NCBI GenBank assembly: GCA_965237955.1
Contig: OZ250169.1
Span: 8,032,001 to 8,096,000 of the forward strand
Length of the DNA: 64,000 bases
Direction: 5' to 3'
Source: Candidatus Marinacidobacterales bacterium
GTDB lineage: Bacteria > Acidobacteriota > Vicinamibacteria > Marinacidobacterales > SMYC01
The translations under genes and the position numbers were made by a program. Positions 11,124 to 21,481 of the stretch are shown piece by piece. How positions within the stretch are numbered: position 1 is the first letter of the stretch; every line of letters begins with the position of its first letter. Under the pieces are notes generated by a model that was not told the DNA's origin, did not search any database, and worked only from the letters and a program-made list of their open reading frames with translations.

Positions 11124-12673
11124 CGGGACTCTCCTCCTTCGTAGTGATCCGCGCCTCGGATGTTCTCGTGCTCCTCTCGCGGTTTCGCTTCGGCGTCCGA
11201 TTCGAGCACCACACGATCTAGACCAGCCGAGAGAATGTTTTTCACCGTGCGATAGCTGTAAGAGCTCAAAGCTTCCGCTCGTGCGCAAGCGGCCTCGAGA
11301 CGCTCACTGCCCCAGCGGCTGCCTAGTCGCATGACTCCCAGGCAAGAGCGAAATCCCTGCTCCGGGTGAGGCCGACTCTCTAGAATCCCCGCAACCAGCC
11401 TTCCCGTGGCGCGACCTGACTGCTCCGCCCAGTGGAGCAGCCGCGACGGCGTCCACTCCAGGTGCTCCCGATGCGAACGTGGCATATGCTCCGGGTTCGT
11501 GGAGTAGTGCCCCTTTCCTTTCTTGCGGGGATGCGACGCGACGCGCTTTCCCTTGAACAGGACCTCCACCACCGAGGCCGTCACCCGTGCCTCGACTTTC
11601 TCGTGAATGAGCTGATAGGGAACGCTGTACAAGTTGTTCTCCACCTCCACGTGGTAGTCGATGTTCACTCTGCACCGCTTCCACGTCGATAACTCGTAGC
11701 TCTCCTGCGGTAGCGGTTTCAGTACGGGCCGGTCTAGCCTTTCGTACAACTCCCGCCGACTCACACCGAGCTTCTGCATCGGACGCGCATTCAGGACCTC
11801 TAACTTCTCCCAGATGGCTTCGTTCAGTTCCGCCAGGCTGAAGAACGTGCGATGACGAAGCACCGCCAGGATCCAGCGCTGCGCCACCTGCACTGCCGAC
11901 TCCACCTTCGCTTTGTCTTTCGGCTTGAACACCCGAGCCGGGACCACAACCGCACCGTAATGCGTCGCCAGCTCTTCGTACGTCCGGTTGATCCCTGGCT
12001 CGTAACGGTCCACCAAATCCACGCCGCTCTTCAAGTTGTCCGGAACCCAGATCTCCGTACTGCCACCGAAGTAATCCGACATCCCCTTATGGGCCTTCGC
12101 CCACGATTCCAGCGACTGGTTCAGTGTCGCTTCGACGTAGGTGTAACTGCTCGCGCCCAACGTCCCGACGAACAGCTCCATTTCGACGAGCTCTCCCGTT
12201 TTCGGATCGACGATGTGAGGCTTCTTCCCCGAAAAATCGACGAATGTCTTCTCGCCTGCTCGATGCCGTTGACGCATCGTCGGGTTCAGCTTCTTCTTCC
12301 ACTGACCGTACAGCTCGCAATAACGGCTGTAGCCGTACGCTCCCGGCTTATTCTCCGCGTACTCCACCCACAGCTGCAGCAACGTCAGCTCTCGGTGACG
12401 CCTCAGCTCCTCGTGGATGTGGGCATAGTCCAGACCCGGCCGTGCGCCAGACGAGCCCGGCGGCGGAAACAGCCCTGCCTCCAGCTCCCCGTCGCTCAGC
12501 TCCTCCGGGAGCGGCCAGCTCAGACCACCCTTCTTCGCCTTGGCCAGGTACTCACTCACCGTTCCAACCGCCACGCGAAGTGCCTTTGCGATCATGCGGT
12601 GAGTAAAACCCAGCTCGTACTTTAACCTTAGAACCTCTCGTGTTTTTCTCATCGATAACCTCTTAGCTGCCAT
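11117..12673 (-). CDS. istA: IS21 transposase
   Basis: HRAGEK.FVDF.G, VPDNLKS, P.DKAKVE motifs. Confidence 0.93.
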   Translation of the reverse strand: MAAKRLSMRKTREVLRLKYELGFTHRMIAKALRVAVGTVSEYLAKAKKGGLSWPLPEELSDGELEAGLFPPPGSSGARPGLDYAHIHEELRRHRELTLLQLWVEYAENKPGAYGYSRYCELYGQWKKKLNPTMRQRHRAGEKTFVDFSGKKPHIVDPKTGELVEMELFVGTLGASSYTYVEATLNQSLESWAKAHKGMSDYFGGSTEIWVPDNLKSGVDLVDRYEPGINRTYEELATHYGAVVVPARVFKPKDKAKVESAVQVAQRWILAVLRHRTFFSLAELNEAIWEKLEVLNARPMQKLGVSRRELYERLDRPVLKPLPQESYELSTWKRCRVNIDYHVEVENNLYSVPYQLIHEKVEARVTASVVEVLFKGKRVASHPRKKGKGHYSTNPEHMPRSHREHLEWTPSRLLHWAEQSGRATGRLVAGILESRPHPEQGFRSCLGVMRLGSRWGSERLEAACARAEALSSYSYRTVKNILSAGLDRVVLESDAEAKPREEHENIRGADHYEGGESRC

Positions 12674-12893
12674 TTCCTAGATCGTCCTCCTTCCGGGTAC
12701 GACCTAGAGTTGCCTTGAAACGTGCTATCGATGAGCGTTCGCGATGCCGGAACCGGCGTTCACGTTGCCTGGAATCCGTGTTCACCTTCCCCGGAATCGA
12801 TGTTCACGATCCCCGGAATCCGTGTTCACGATGCTTTGGAATGGATGTTCACCTTCGGCTGGAATCTGCGTTCACGATGCCCCGGAATACGCA

Positions 12894-13171
12894 CGCTTCC
12901 AGCCCATCAAAGAGAAGGTCAAAGGTATTTGGGAGCTTTTGAGAACCCGCAGCAGCGTCGAGCTCGAAGACGTTACCTTCGAAGGCAAGGCGACGTCCCG
13001 CAAAGTGAGCCTCGACGTGACCGTCGACGGCACCGAAGGTGCCGCCCTCGGCGTCATGAGCCAGGGCGAGCTTCATTCGCTCGCGCTCGCTTTGTTTCTC
13101 CCCAGAGCGACCCTTGAGGCGAGCCCGTTCCGATTCCTCGTCATCGACGACCCGGTTCAGTCCATGGACCC
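12894..13171 (+). pseudogene. Internal fragment of an SMC/SbcC-like ABC ATPase
   Basis: MSQGE signature and FLVIDDPVQSMD Walker B/D-loop; cut by IS ends on both sides. Confidence 0.7.
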
Positions 13172-13324
13172 CGTCCTGTGCCAAAACTCGGCCCTTTTGA
13201 AATAGACCACAAATCAGCAGCTTAGACGCCCTTGGATGATGGTGGCGCTCTACATAATATAGATGAACTCGACGATGGCCCGTCGCGCGGGTCTTAGAGT
13301 GCGTTTGTATTCTTGGACACGACG
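13172..13324. mobile_element. 153-bp hybrid mini-element (CGTCC-type end + inverted CGTCG-type end)
   Basis: Starts CGTCCTGTGCCAAAACT, ends TTGGACACGACG. Confidence 0.75.
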
Positions 13325-13442
13325 CGCAGACCTACCCGCCAGGTCCGCCCGTTGCGGACGCATTCCGGGCCGACTTCGAAGCTGAGAAGGAAAGGCTTGC
13401 GCGAGAGCTCGGGCCCGCGCCGCCCACCTAGGGTGGCCGTCG

Positions 13443-14201
13443 CTACCGACGAATGATCTGCTGCTTCAGGAGCGCGTCGACGGCGACGACGAGATTCTCG
13501 AAAGGCTGCTCCGTACTCGGCGCGGGTTGCAGCCGTCCTTCGCGATCGATTAGGTAGTTGGCGGGGTATCGCGCCGTCGTCTGATAAATCTCGGGGACGT
13601 CCCCCTCGATCGTCAGAAGGGGGTAGCTCACCGACAGGACGTTTTCTTCGAAGTTGAGCTGCGTTTCGAGGTCCTCTGTGGAGAGGCCGAAGACCATGAA
13701 TCCCTGTTTCTTGCGTTCCTGATAGAGCTTGTCGAGACCCGGCATTTCCTTGCGGCACGGCGGACACCAGGTCGCCCAAACGTTTACGAGCACGACCTTT
13801 CCTCCATGCTCGTCGAGACGATGAGTGTTGCCGTGGATGTCCGCCGTCGAGAAAGGCGGCGCCTCGACGTCACTGAGCGCCAGATTCCGCGCCTGCGTAG
13901 CGCGCTCGACGACGCCTCGAATCGGAAGGAACACGAGACCGAGCGACAAAATGCCGAGCATCAGGCCCACCTTGCTCACGGTTGAGAAGGCTCCTTTGCG
14001 GTGGTCGGCGAGCGCGAGGACGAGAGTGATGATGCCCGGCAAGGCCATCGCGATCGCGACTATGGAGAGACGGAAGACGAAGTCGGCGTCCCTGTCGGCG
14101 CTCGCGCGCGTCAGGCTCCGATAGACGAACAGGCCAAGACCCGCTGCCGCAAAGGGCGACGCGACGCCGGCCCATAGAGTCCGAAAGTACAGCTTCGACA
14201 T
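13443..14201 (-). CDS. TlpA-family disulfide reductase with 3 N-terminal TM helices, copy 1 (intact)
   Basis: VNVWATWCPPCR.EMP thioredoxin motif. Confidence 0.88.
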   Translation of the reverse strand: MSKLYFRTLWAGVASPFAAAGLGLFVYRSLTRASADRDADFVFRLSIVAIAMALPGIITLVLALADHRKGAFSTVSKVGLMLGILSLGLVFLPIRGVVERATQARNLALSDVEAPPFSTADIHGNTHRLDEHGGKVVLVNVWATWCPPCRKEMPGLDKLYQERKKQGFMVFGLSTEDLETQLNFEENVLSVSYPLLTIEGDVPEIYQTTARYPANYLIDREGRLQPAPSTEQPFENLVVAVDALLKQQIIRR

Positions 14202-14478
14202 AACGAAGCCATTCTAGCGTGAGACGGTTCGGTAGCGTGCTAGGGTATTGTCAGGTGCTATCAAGTTGAGACGGCGACTGACACAATGAGCCGATGAACA
14301 GCCAGCCATCCCGCTACCACATTAATAAGGGGCAATGCCGTTCGCCGAATGATGGAGGCCAAAAGCGAGCGTGGCAGTAGCCGCGGGTTGGCTTTACAGG
14401 CGTGGCCTACCTTAAAGCGTTGCGACGAGGGCGCGTTGCTAGCCGGTCTTGAGTTCGTTTGTATTTTTGGACACGACG

Positions 14479-14848
14479 GCGATGAGCCTTCGGTGCCAAG
14501 CCAGAAGGGTTTCCGGTGTGACGATACCGGCGACTTCTGCCAAGAGTTTCCGGCCAAGCGCCTTACCCTTTACCGCGAGCCGACGTCGCTCGTCGTCTGT
14601 GAGACGAAGCTTCCTCCCGCAGAGCCGAGCTTTGAGGATTTTGTTCTCCTCGAGCAAGTAGACGATAGCGGCCTGATGGTCACGCTGGAGCCAACCAGCG
14701 ATGGCGACGACCAACAAGGTCAAGGGCTGGACCGGCGTGCTCATGACCGAGGATTCTAGCTCCCATTGGCCAATCAAACGTAGATACGTCTATTCCGAAA
14801 CGTCCCGGCGGGCCGGTCTTGAGTTCGTTTGTGTTTCTGGACACGACG
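14479..14848 (-). mobile_element. CGTCG-type integrase-core element, left end + truncated transposase
   Basis: Near-identical to the 5' part of 29266-30742; cut at 14478 by another CGTCG end. Confidence 0.85.
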
Positions 14849-14862
14849 CCCTACCGCGGTCC

Positions 14863-15299
14863 TCAGACTTGGAAGCTACCATGCTGGGCGCGACCCCGAA
14901 CTAACTTTCGAATGTGTCGCTTGTCGTAGTATCGTCCGATACCGATACCAGGACAGTGCTCTCGCGCCGTGTTCCACTGTGAACGAGTAGCGATTGGCGA
15001 GTCTTTGCCCGGCGTGAAGGGGAAGTTCCGGCACTGCGTCGGCCGCACGTCGTAGATCCCACAGCCCTTCGTTCTCGGATCCAGGAATACGCAGGTGCCC
15101 GAAGCCTCCGATAGAACGCGATGGTCGCCACGTTCCTCAATCGCCCACGCAACCCCAGCCGTCTGCAACCGACCCACATCGCGCTTGCTCAAAAAGACGC
15201 CCTCGACGTCACCCTTGCCGAACATTGACTGTGAGCAGCAGTGACCGCAGTCTGGTTGGCACTCGAATCTCAAACCTTTCTTAATCCATCTCATTCCAT
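14863..15299 (-). CDS. YkgJ-family (CxxCxxCC) Fe-S/zinc cluster protein
   Basis: GLRFECQPDCGHCC, CVFL, C.IY..RP.QCR.FPF, CPGIG; start uncertain. Confidence 0.8.
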
Positions 15300-15381
15300 G
15301 TACCGCGCAGTCGCCGCTCGGAGCTCCCGACTTGGACCCCTCATTCGTCCTCTTGCGCTCCGACTGGCATGAACAGCATCC

Positions 15382-15480
15382 AAATAACGAACCGGGGAGT
15401 TGCGGCCGGGGGCCGGGCAAAAGAGACAGACTACAGCTAATGCAGTGCGCCCGGCCGTCAGCTTCAATGGCGCGTTAGAA
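15382..15480 (-). other. Putative integron attC site
   Basis: Minus strand TTCTAAC...GCTGACGGCCGGG...CCCGGCCGCAAC...GTTATTT; overlaps the stop codon of the upstream ORF. Confidence 0.6.
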
Positions 15481-15786
15481 TGCCCCCTGCCACATGCCGT
15501 CGTCATATGACTCCATCGTGGTTTTTAGCCGCTCATAGAGATGGTCGAGTTCCTTTTGGAGCTTCTTGTCATCCGTGTGATTTGCTTCCGCCGCGATGTA
15601 GCCAATTATCTCATCCAGATCATCCAGAGTCAGCTTAACGATGAGTTTCTTACCTTTGACCACCGCCATCCGTAGAGGGCCAGTGACCTCGGGCCCACCC
15701 ATCGCATGCTCCAGTATGAGACTCCTTTGCCGTGGTGTAATGGCGACTTCAATGGGTTGGCCGTATTCGATCTTCTGTCGGTTCAT
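15475..15786 (-). CDS. Hypothetical protein (likely gene cassette)
   Basis: Natural amino-acid composition; bracketed by GTTAGAA (15809-15815) and TTCTAAC. Confidence 0.7.
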   Translation of the reverse strand: MNRQKIEYGQPIEVAITPRQRSLILEHAMGGPEVTGPLRMAVVKGKKLIVKLTLDDLDEIIGYIAAEANHTDDKKLQKELDHLYERLKTTMESYDDGMWQGAF

Positions 15787-15901
15787 GATTTGCTGAGACT
15801 TCGGGTCGTTCTAACGTTCTACCGCCTAAGTATTGTATCTGGCGCACGGGGAACCAGAAAGAGGTAGGCAGGTAACTCGCGTTACAGTGATTCCCATGGC
15901 G

Positions 15902-15950
15902 TGAACCGCCCCGGGTTTTCCAGGAGACTGTTTTAGTTGAGTCTCGCCAT
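15902..15950 (-). mobile_element. IS3-family right-end remnant
   Basis: TGAACCGCCCCGGG IR; matches the reverse complement of 48722-48768. Confidence 0.75.
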
Positions 15951-16027
15951 CTATGTCGAATCCTAGAGGCGTTCTCAAAACTCGCGGAGACCAGCCGACG
16001 CGGCACTGGCTCTGCGATAGGCGACCC

Positions 16028-16344
16028 CGTCCTGTGCCAAAACTCGGCCCTTTTGAAAAACCATGTCTGTAATTTAATGCACCGTAAAGTCTTAGTGTCA
16101 TTTTACCAACACTTAATGGCGGAAGCACCCATGAGGTCTGTGTGAGCGGCAGGGCTGCCCGATCGAACAACGGCTGCCTGACCAACAGTAGGAATTGCAC
16201 ATGGTACGTCATGATGGATCCGAAGATAACACCCTCGGGCCAGACGATTGTAAAGCCCACGGCCCTTGGCACCATCGCAAAACACAGACGCTAAGCTGCT
16301 GATTTATAGGCTATTTCAAGAGGGCCGAGTTTTGGCACAGGACG
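16028..16344 (-). mobile_element. 317-bp internally deleted derivative of the CGTCC-type element
   Basis: Inverted CGTCCTGTGCCAAAACT ends; keeps the [12 protein letters not shown] transposase start. Confidence 0.82.
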
Positions 16345-16562
16345 GGGTCGGCAAGGGCATGAAGAAGGGCGAACGGCTTGACCCGTTGGTCACCCGCGGC
16401 CCGGAATGGTTCGAGATTATCGACGCAACAGTGCAGCAAATTCGCGAGGCTCTTGAGAATCGGGACGATGGCACTGAATGACGTGGTCTGGAAGAACGAG
16501 CGGCAGCGGGTGAAGCCGTGGTCAGCGCGTGGCAAGGCGGCAGCTGCGAAGTGGAGCCTGTT

Positions 16563-16903
16563 GGTTTCCGGTGTGACGATACCGACGACTTCTGCCAAGA
16601 GTTTCCGGCCAAGCGCCTTACCCTTTACCGCGAGCCGATGTCGCTCGTCGTCCGTGAGGCGAAGCTTCCTCCCGCGAAGCCGAGCTTTGAGGACTCTGTT
16701 CTCCTCGAGCAAGTAGACGATAGCCGCCTGTTGGTCACGCTGGACCCAACCAGTGATGCCGACCACCAACCATGTCAAGGGCTGCATCGGCGTGCTCATG
16801 ACCGAGGATTCTAGCTTCCATTGGCAAACCAAGCCTAGACACCTCTCATCCGATACGGCCCGGCGCGCCGGTCTTGAGTTCGTTTGTGTTTTTGGACACG
16901 ACG
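16563..16903 (-). mobile_element. CGTCG-type element, left end + truncated transposase
   Basis: GWVQRDQQAAIVYLLEEN...VTPET; end TTGGACACGACG. Confidence 0.82.
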
Positions 16904-16930
16904 GCCGTCAAACTCGCCTGTCTGCTGCCG

Positions 16931-18259
16931 CTACTTCTTCGCGGGCATCAGCTCTCTGAGCGCGATGACGGTAGCGATGACGCCGCTTCGGACCGCAGGC
17001 TCGGGCGCGATCTCGAAGAGTGGCGAATGGTGTGACGGCACCGGAGGCCCGCCTGCGGCTTCTCTTTCGAAACTCTCTTTGGGGGTGCCGCCAATCCCGA
17101 AGTAGGCGCTGGGGACGTAAGGCTCCATCGTCAAGAACGGAAAGTCCTCACCGCCCATCCCTTCTCGCTGATAGTCGGCGAAAGCGTCATCGCCGAGCTC
17201 CGAGCGCCAACGAGCCTCCAATCTCTTGACCAGAGTGGTGTCGTTCACGGTGACGGGCACACCTCCCTTCATCTCGACGCGGGGAAGCCGCTCGTCCGGA
17301 AGTCCCGCGGCCCGGCCGATGTTCACTGCGATCCGTTCGATACCCTCCAAGAGTTTCTGGCGGGTTTCCTGGGTGTCGGAGCGCACCGTGAGCTCGAGCA
17401 CGGCTTCCTCGCCGATCACGTTACGCTTATTGCCGGCTCGGAATACACCGACAGTTACGACGCCGGGCTCTCGCGGGCTCAGCTCTCTCGAAACCAGTTG
17501 CTGGAGTGCGACGACGATCTGCGCTCCAATGAGCACGGGGTCTTTTCCGCGGTGGGGACTCGCGCCATGGGCGCCGATGCCGGACACGATGATGTCCACG
17601 CTGTCGACACCCGAGTACGCCGCACTCTCGGCGACGTGGAGCTTTCCAGCTTCGATGTCGGCAGCCACATGAAAGGCGAGGGCGTAGTCCGGCTGGCCAA
17701 AGCGCTCCCACAGCCGATCCTGGTGCATCGCCTGAGCGCCCGAGATCTTCCACTCTTCCGCAGGCTGGCCGATGAGCATCAGCGTACCGGACCAGGAATC
17801 GAGCTCGGCGGCCATCCGTCGCGCCGTCCCCACGAGAGAGGTAATGTGCACGTCGTGCCCGCAAGCATGCATCACGGGAAATTCCTGTCCGTCGTCATTG
17901 ACCTGCGTGACGGTCGAGGCGTATGGAAGATCGGCGAGCTCCTTCACGGGAAGTCCGTCCATGTCGGCACGCATCATGACGAGGGGTCCGTCGCCATTCT
18001 CCATGATGGCCACCACGCCCGTTCTTCCGACACCCTCCGTAACCTCGAAACCCGCGTCGCGGAACTCCTTGGCGAGTCGCGCCGCGGTCTTGACCTCGAC
18101 GAACGACAGCTCGGGGTTCGCGTGAAAGTGCTTGAAGAGCGCGTCGAGGTGAGCATCGTAGTCCGCCTTGACCGCCGACTCGAGCTTGTCGTCGGCTCGC
18201 GATTCCACCGACAGTGTCACGAGAGTCGCAATGGCTACGCTTGTTGCTAGGAACTTCAT
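16931..18259 (-). CDS. M20D-family amidohydrolase with signal peptide
   Basis: H.NPELS, RADMD.LP, MHACGHD, QPAEE, GGEDF, HHSP motifs. Confidence 0.92.
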   Translation of the reverse strand: MKFLATSVAIATLVTLSVESRADDKLESAVKADYDAHLDALFKHFHANPELSFVEVKTAARLAKEFRDAGFEVTEGVGRTGVVAIMENGDGPLVMMRADMDGLPVKELADLPYASTVTQVNDDGQEFPVMHACGHDVHITSLVGTARRMAAELDSWSGTLMLIGQPAEEWKISGAQAMHQDRLWERFGQPDYALAFHVAADIEAGKLHVAESAAYSGVDSVDIIVSGIGAHGASPHRGKDPVLIGAQIVVALQQLVSRELSPREPGVVTVGVFRAGNKRNVIGEEAVLELTVRSDTQETRQKLLEGIERIAVNIGRAAGLPDERLPRVEMKGGVPVTVNDTTLVKRLEARWRSELGDDAFADYQREGMGGEDFPFLTMEPYVPSAYFGIGGTPKESFEREAAGGPPVPSHHSPLFEIAPEPAVRSGVIATVIALRELMPAKK

Positions 18260-18446
18260 CGTTTCCTCCGATAGCTATCGAGTTTCAGAATTCTATCAAG
18301 ATCAGCGGCCCGGTCAGGCGGTACGTCGTGCGTTCCGATCGGACGGCGCTCTCGAATCAAGGCCGGGGTGCCGCGAAACGTAAGCAGGCTTGCACGTTCT
18401 GGCCCAGATGCGCCTGGGCCTCCTCACAGACAGTACGAAGCACAGC

Positions 18447-18540
18447 TGTGATCCGCAAAAAAGAAAACCGGCCAGAAGCAGCCGACCATGGCGGGTCTAA
18501 AACGCGCAATCAACACTGGATAGACTTTTTGCGGAGCACA
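18447..18540. mobile_element. 94-bp MITE-like element with TGTG(A/C)TCCGCAAAAA TIRs
   Basis: Inverted ends; right about 54 bp recur at 32791-32844 and 60740-60793. Confidence 0.6.
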
Positions 18541-18960
18541 AGGCCAAGGTCGTGATTGAAAGGTGGCGGCAAGAGTTCAATTGCTTCAGACCCTACAGCT
18601 CGTTGAGTTACCAACCGCCGGCCGTCGTCCGAAGCCTAGAGGAGGCCGGTAATTAGCTGCTGACCTTCTACGAATTCCCTCGTGCCATGTGGAAATCGAT
18701 TCGAACGACCAATGCTCTGGAGAATCTCAACCGCGAGTTTCGACGCCGGACGAAAACCCAAGCGTCGTTCTCCAGCGAGGAGTCCGCGGTCGCTTTGCTG
18801 TTTGGGCTTATCGCCTCTGGCCAGATTCAACTACGGCGCGTCGACGGCTACCAAGGTCTGAGCGAGGTTCTCGAACACGCGGAGGTTGCCGCCTGATCTG
18901 ATACCCTGATGGCGGAGTGGAGGGCGCCGTTCTTTTTCCACGAACCTCGGGACACATCCA
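18541..18960 (+). mobile_element. Fused IS3 (3' fragment) and IS256 (3' fragment + end) remnants
   Basis: AKVVIERWRQEFN..RP.SSL.Y.PP, then LLTFY.FP...RTTNALENLNREFRRRTK and GGGACACATCC. Confidence 0.75.
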
Positions 18961-19386
18961 AACGCGGGTAGGCCCACAAGGTCGGGACCGGGGCATCTTC
19001 CTTCTTGGCCCAGGCCGACCGGATCATCTGCAACACCGATTCGGCGGTCGGCGCCTGCAACGCCAACGCCCGGGTTTTCTCCTTCAGCAGCCCCTCGGTT
19101 CACTGGACACGGCTTTGGCCATGCGGTAGCCGACACCCGAGGCTCGGTCACGATGTAGGCGGGGCTGGTGGCAACGTCACCCCGTCCTGTGCCAAAACTC
19201 GGCCCATTTGAAATAGACCACAAATCAGCAGCTTAGACGCTCTTGGAATCCGCGCAGAATCGAGGGTATTTCGCGCCGCAGGGCTGGCTCAAATCGGCTG
19301 CGGGGCGAGCTACGGGCAGTGAACTGCGCACCCGGAAGTCTCTGATTAGACTGGACTTTACCGGGCAGAAGAGCGAACGTTCGGTG

Positions 19387-19818
19387 ATGCCGCAGGATAC
19401 AGGGGTTGGGCGGAACGTCGTTCTGGACGGTTTGGACTTCGCCAGCTTGCGGCGGGTCTGGGAGCAGACCTTTGGGGCAGCTCCGCCAAGCTCGCTCTCG
19501 CGTATCTTCATGCGCCGCGTTCTCTTGCACGAACGCCAGTGCCGGACCCATGGCGGGCTTTCGGCCGCAACCCGGCGCGCTCTGGCCGCTATGGCGAACG
19601 AGACACCAGGCAACGCCGCTCCCGCAGGGTCCGTTTCTGCCGGCACCCATATCGTCCGCGAGTGGAATGGCCGGACCTACCAGGTCGAGGTAGTCGACAA
19701 CGGCTATCGGTTCGATGGCAAAACCTATCCGTCCCTCACCGCCATCACAAAGCGAATCACCGGCACCCACTGGTCAGGACCACGCTTTTTCGGTCTCACG
19801 CCCAAGCGCAAGGCCTAA
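19387..19818 (+). CDS. DUF2924 domain protein
   Basis: GT..VREWNG..Y.V, Y.SL..I...ITGTHWSGPRFFGL. Confidence 0.85.
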   Translation: MPQDTGVGRNVVLDGLDFASLRRVWEQTFGAAPPSSLSRIFMRRVLLHERQCRTHGGLSAATRRALAAMANETPGNAAPAGSVSAGTHIVREWNGRTYQVEVVDNGYRFDGKTYPSLTAITKRITGTHWSGPRFFGLTPKRKA

Positions 19819-19819
19819 C

Positions 19820-21481
19820 ATGAAGAAGATCCGCTGTGCCATCTATACGCGAAAGAGTGCGGAAGAGGGTCTCGAACAGGAGTTCAACTCCCTCGATGCG
19901 CAGCGAGAAGCCTGCGCCGCGTATGTCGCGAGCCAGAAAGCGGAGGGCTGGGTGCTGCTGCCAACTGTCTACGAGGACGCGGGGCTCTCGGGAGGAACCC
20001 TGGAGCGCCCGGGCCTGCAGCGCTTGCTCGCCGACATCGACGCAGGTCTCGTCGACCAGATTGTGGTCTACAAGGTCGACCGGCTGACCCGTTCCCTCTC
20101 CGACTTTGCAAAGCTCGTCGAGCGGCTCGAGGCGGCCGGCGCGGTTTTCGTCTCGGTGACTCAGTCCTTCAACACCGCGACCAGCATGGGACGACTGACG
20201 CTGCATATGCTGCTGTCCTTCGCACAATTCGAACGCGAGGTCACGGCCGAGCGGATCCGCGATAAGGTCGCTGCCTCCAAGCGCAAGGGACTATGGATGG
20301 GCGGCCGCGTACCGCTCGGCTATGAGAAGGACGGGCGCACGCTGCGCATCAACGAGGCTGAGGCCGAAACGGTCCGGACGCTCTATGCGCTGTACCGAAA
20401 GCACGAAACGCTCCGGCAGGTGAAGGCCGAGGCGGACCGTCTGAGACTGCGTACCAAGCAACGCTTCACCGCGGATGGAACCCGAACGGGCGGGCTGCCG
20501 TTCCGTCGCGGACACCTCCACTGCCTGCTGACCAATCCTCTCTACGCCGGCCGCATCCGGCACCAGAGGCGTGTCTACGAGGGCCAGCATCCATCGATCA
20601 TTGCTCCGGAGCTCTGGGACGCGGTCCAAACGCAGCTGCAGGCAGGGGCTGCCAAACCAAGGAGACGCACGACGAAGGGCCGTGCCGCCCGTTCCCCACT
20701 GGCAGGCAAGCTCTTCGACGAGACCGGGGACCGGCTGACGCCGAGCCACACCAAAAAGAAAAACGGGCAACGGCTCCGCTACTACGTCTCCCGGCGCCTC
20801 ATCCAGCACAGTGGCCAAAAGGACCTCTCCGGCTGGCGACTGCCCGCCCCGATGCTGGAACAGACCGTCGTGCATCTCATCCGACAGCATGTGGATGCCA
20901 CGACCTTCTCGGCCTCGTTGATCCACACTCCGACGATGCAAGAGCTCGCCTCGGTGCGTCGCTTTTTAGACGGGCTGTGTTCCGGTAGTAACAATGATAG
21001 TGCCTCGGCAGCCCCCCTGCTCCGTCTTATCCGGCGGGTCGACATCAGCCCCGGCTCTGTGTCCATCCTGCTCGACCGCGATGCGTTCGCTGCTTGCCTC
21101 TCTATGGGACCCGAACGCATTCGCGACGATGCACTCCGCATCCTCGCACCGTTCCGCTTGCGTCGACGCGGCGTCGAGACCAAGCTCGTTCTGGGCAACC
21201 CCACGAAATCCGTCGACCGCACACTCCTGCGCAATATCAGAAACGCCCTCTCCTGGCTCGACCGAATCAAAGCAGGCAAAACCTATGAGCAGATTGCCAC
21301 CGAACACGCCATCCCAACGGACCGCGTGCGCAAGGCAATCCGTTATGCCTTCCTGGCTCCCGACATCGTCCGCGCCATTGTCGAAGGCCGCCAGCCCGTT
21401 GGGCTGACCTCGAGCTACCTCTTGCATCATCCGCTTCCCGACGATTGGGAGAAACAGCGAGTGCTCGTCAAAACGCTGTGA
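19820..21481 (+). CDS. Large serine recombinase
   Basis: CAIYTRKS catalytic Ser, SG...ERP, DRLTR, FERE...ERI, LTNP.Y.G recombinase domain. Confidence 0.92.
   Translation: MKKIRCAIYTRKSAEEGLEQEFNSLDAQREACAAYVASQKAEGWVLLPTVYEDAGLSGGTLERPGLQRLLADIDAGLVDQIVVYKVDRLTRSLSDFAKLVERLEAAGAVFVSVTQSFNTATSMGRLTLHMLLSFAQFEREVTAERIRDKVAASKRKGLWMGGRVPLGYEKDGRTLRINEAEAETVRTLYALYRKHETLRQVKAEADRLRLRTKQRFTADGTRTGGLPFRRGHLHCLLTNPLYAGRIRHQRRVYEGQHPSIIAPELWDAVQTQLQAGAAKPRRRTTKGRAARSPLAGKLFDETGDRLTPSHTKKKNGQRLRYYVSRRLIQHSGQKDLSGWRLPAPMLEQTVVHLIRQHVDATTFSASLIHTPTMQELASVRRFLDGLCSGSNNDSASAAPLLRLIRRVDISPGSVSILLDRDAFAACLSMGPERIRDDALRILAPFRLRRRGVETKLVLGNPTKSVDRTLLRNIRNALSWLDRIKAGKTYEQIATEHAIPTDRVRKAIRYAFLAPDIVRAIVEGRQPVGLTSSYLLHHPLPDDWEKQRVLVKTL

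Larger units (their letters stand above)
9951..12893 (-). mobile_element. IS21-family element copy 1 (complete, flanks do not match)
   Basis: TGCGTATTCC termini, multiple subterminal GTGAAC repeats, istA-istB. Confidence 0.93.

Noticed and set aside
12730-12893. Regularly spaced GTTCAC repeats resembling a CRISPR array (also 25369-25480 and 45110-45270)
   Set aside because: They are IS21 subterminal repeats with no unique spacers, and there are no cas genes.
19715-19819. N-terminal extensions of the LSR ORFs (588/691 aa) and DUF2924 ORFs (191/211 aa)
   Set aside because: They overlap the upstream gene or leader and are not conserved in frame across copies; real starts are MKKIRC and MPQDT.
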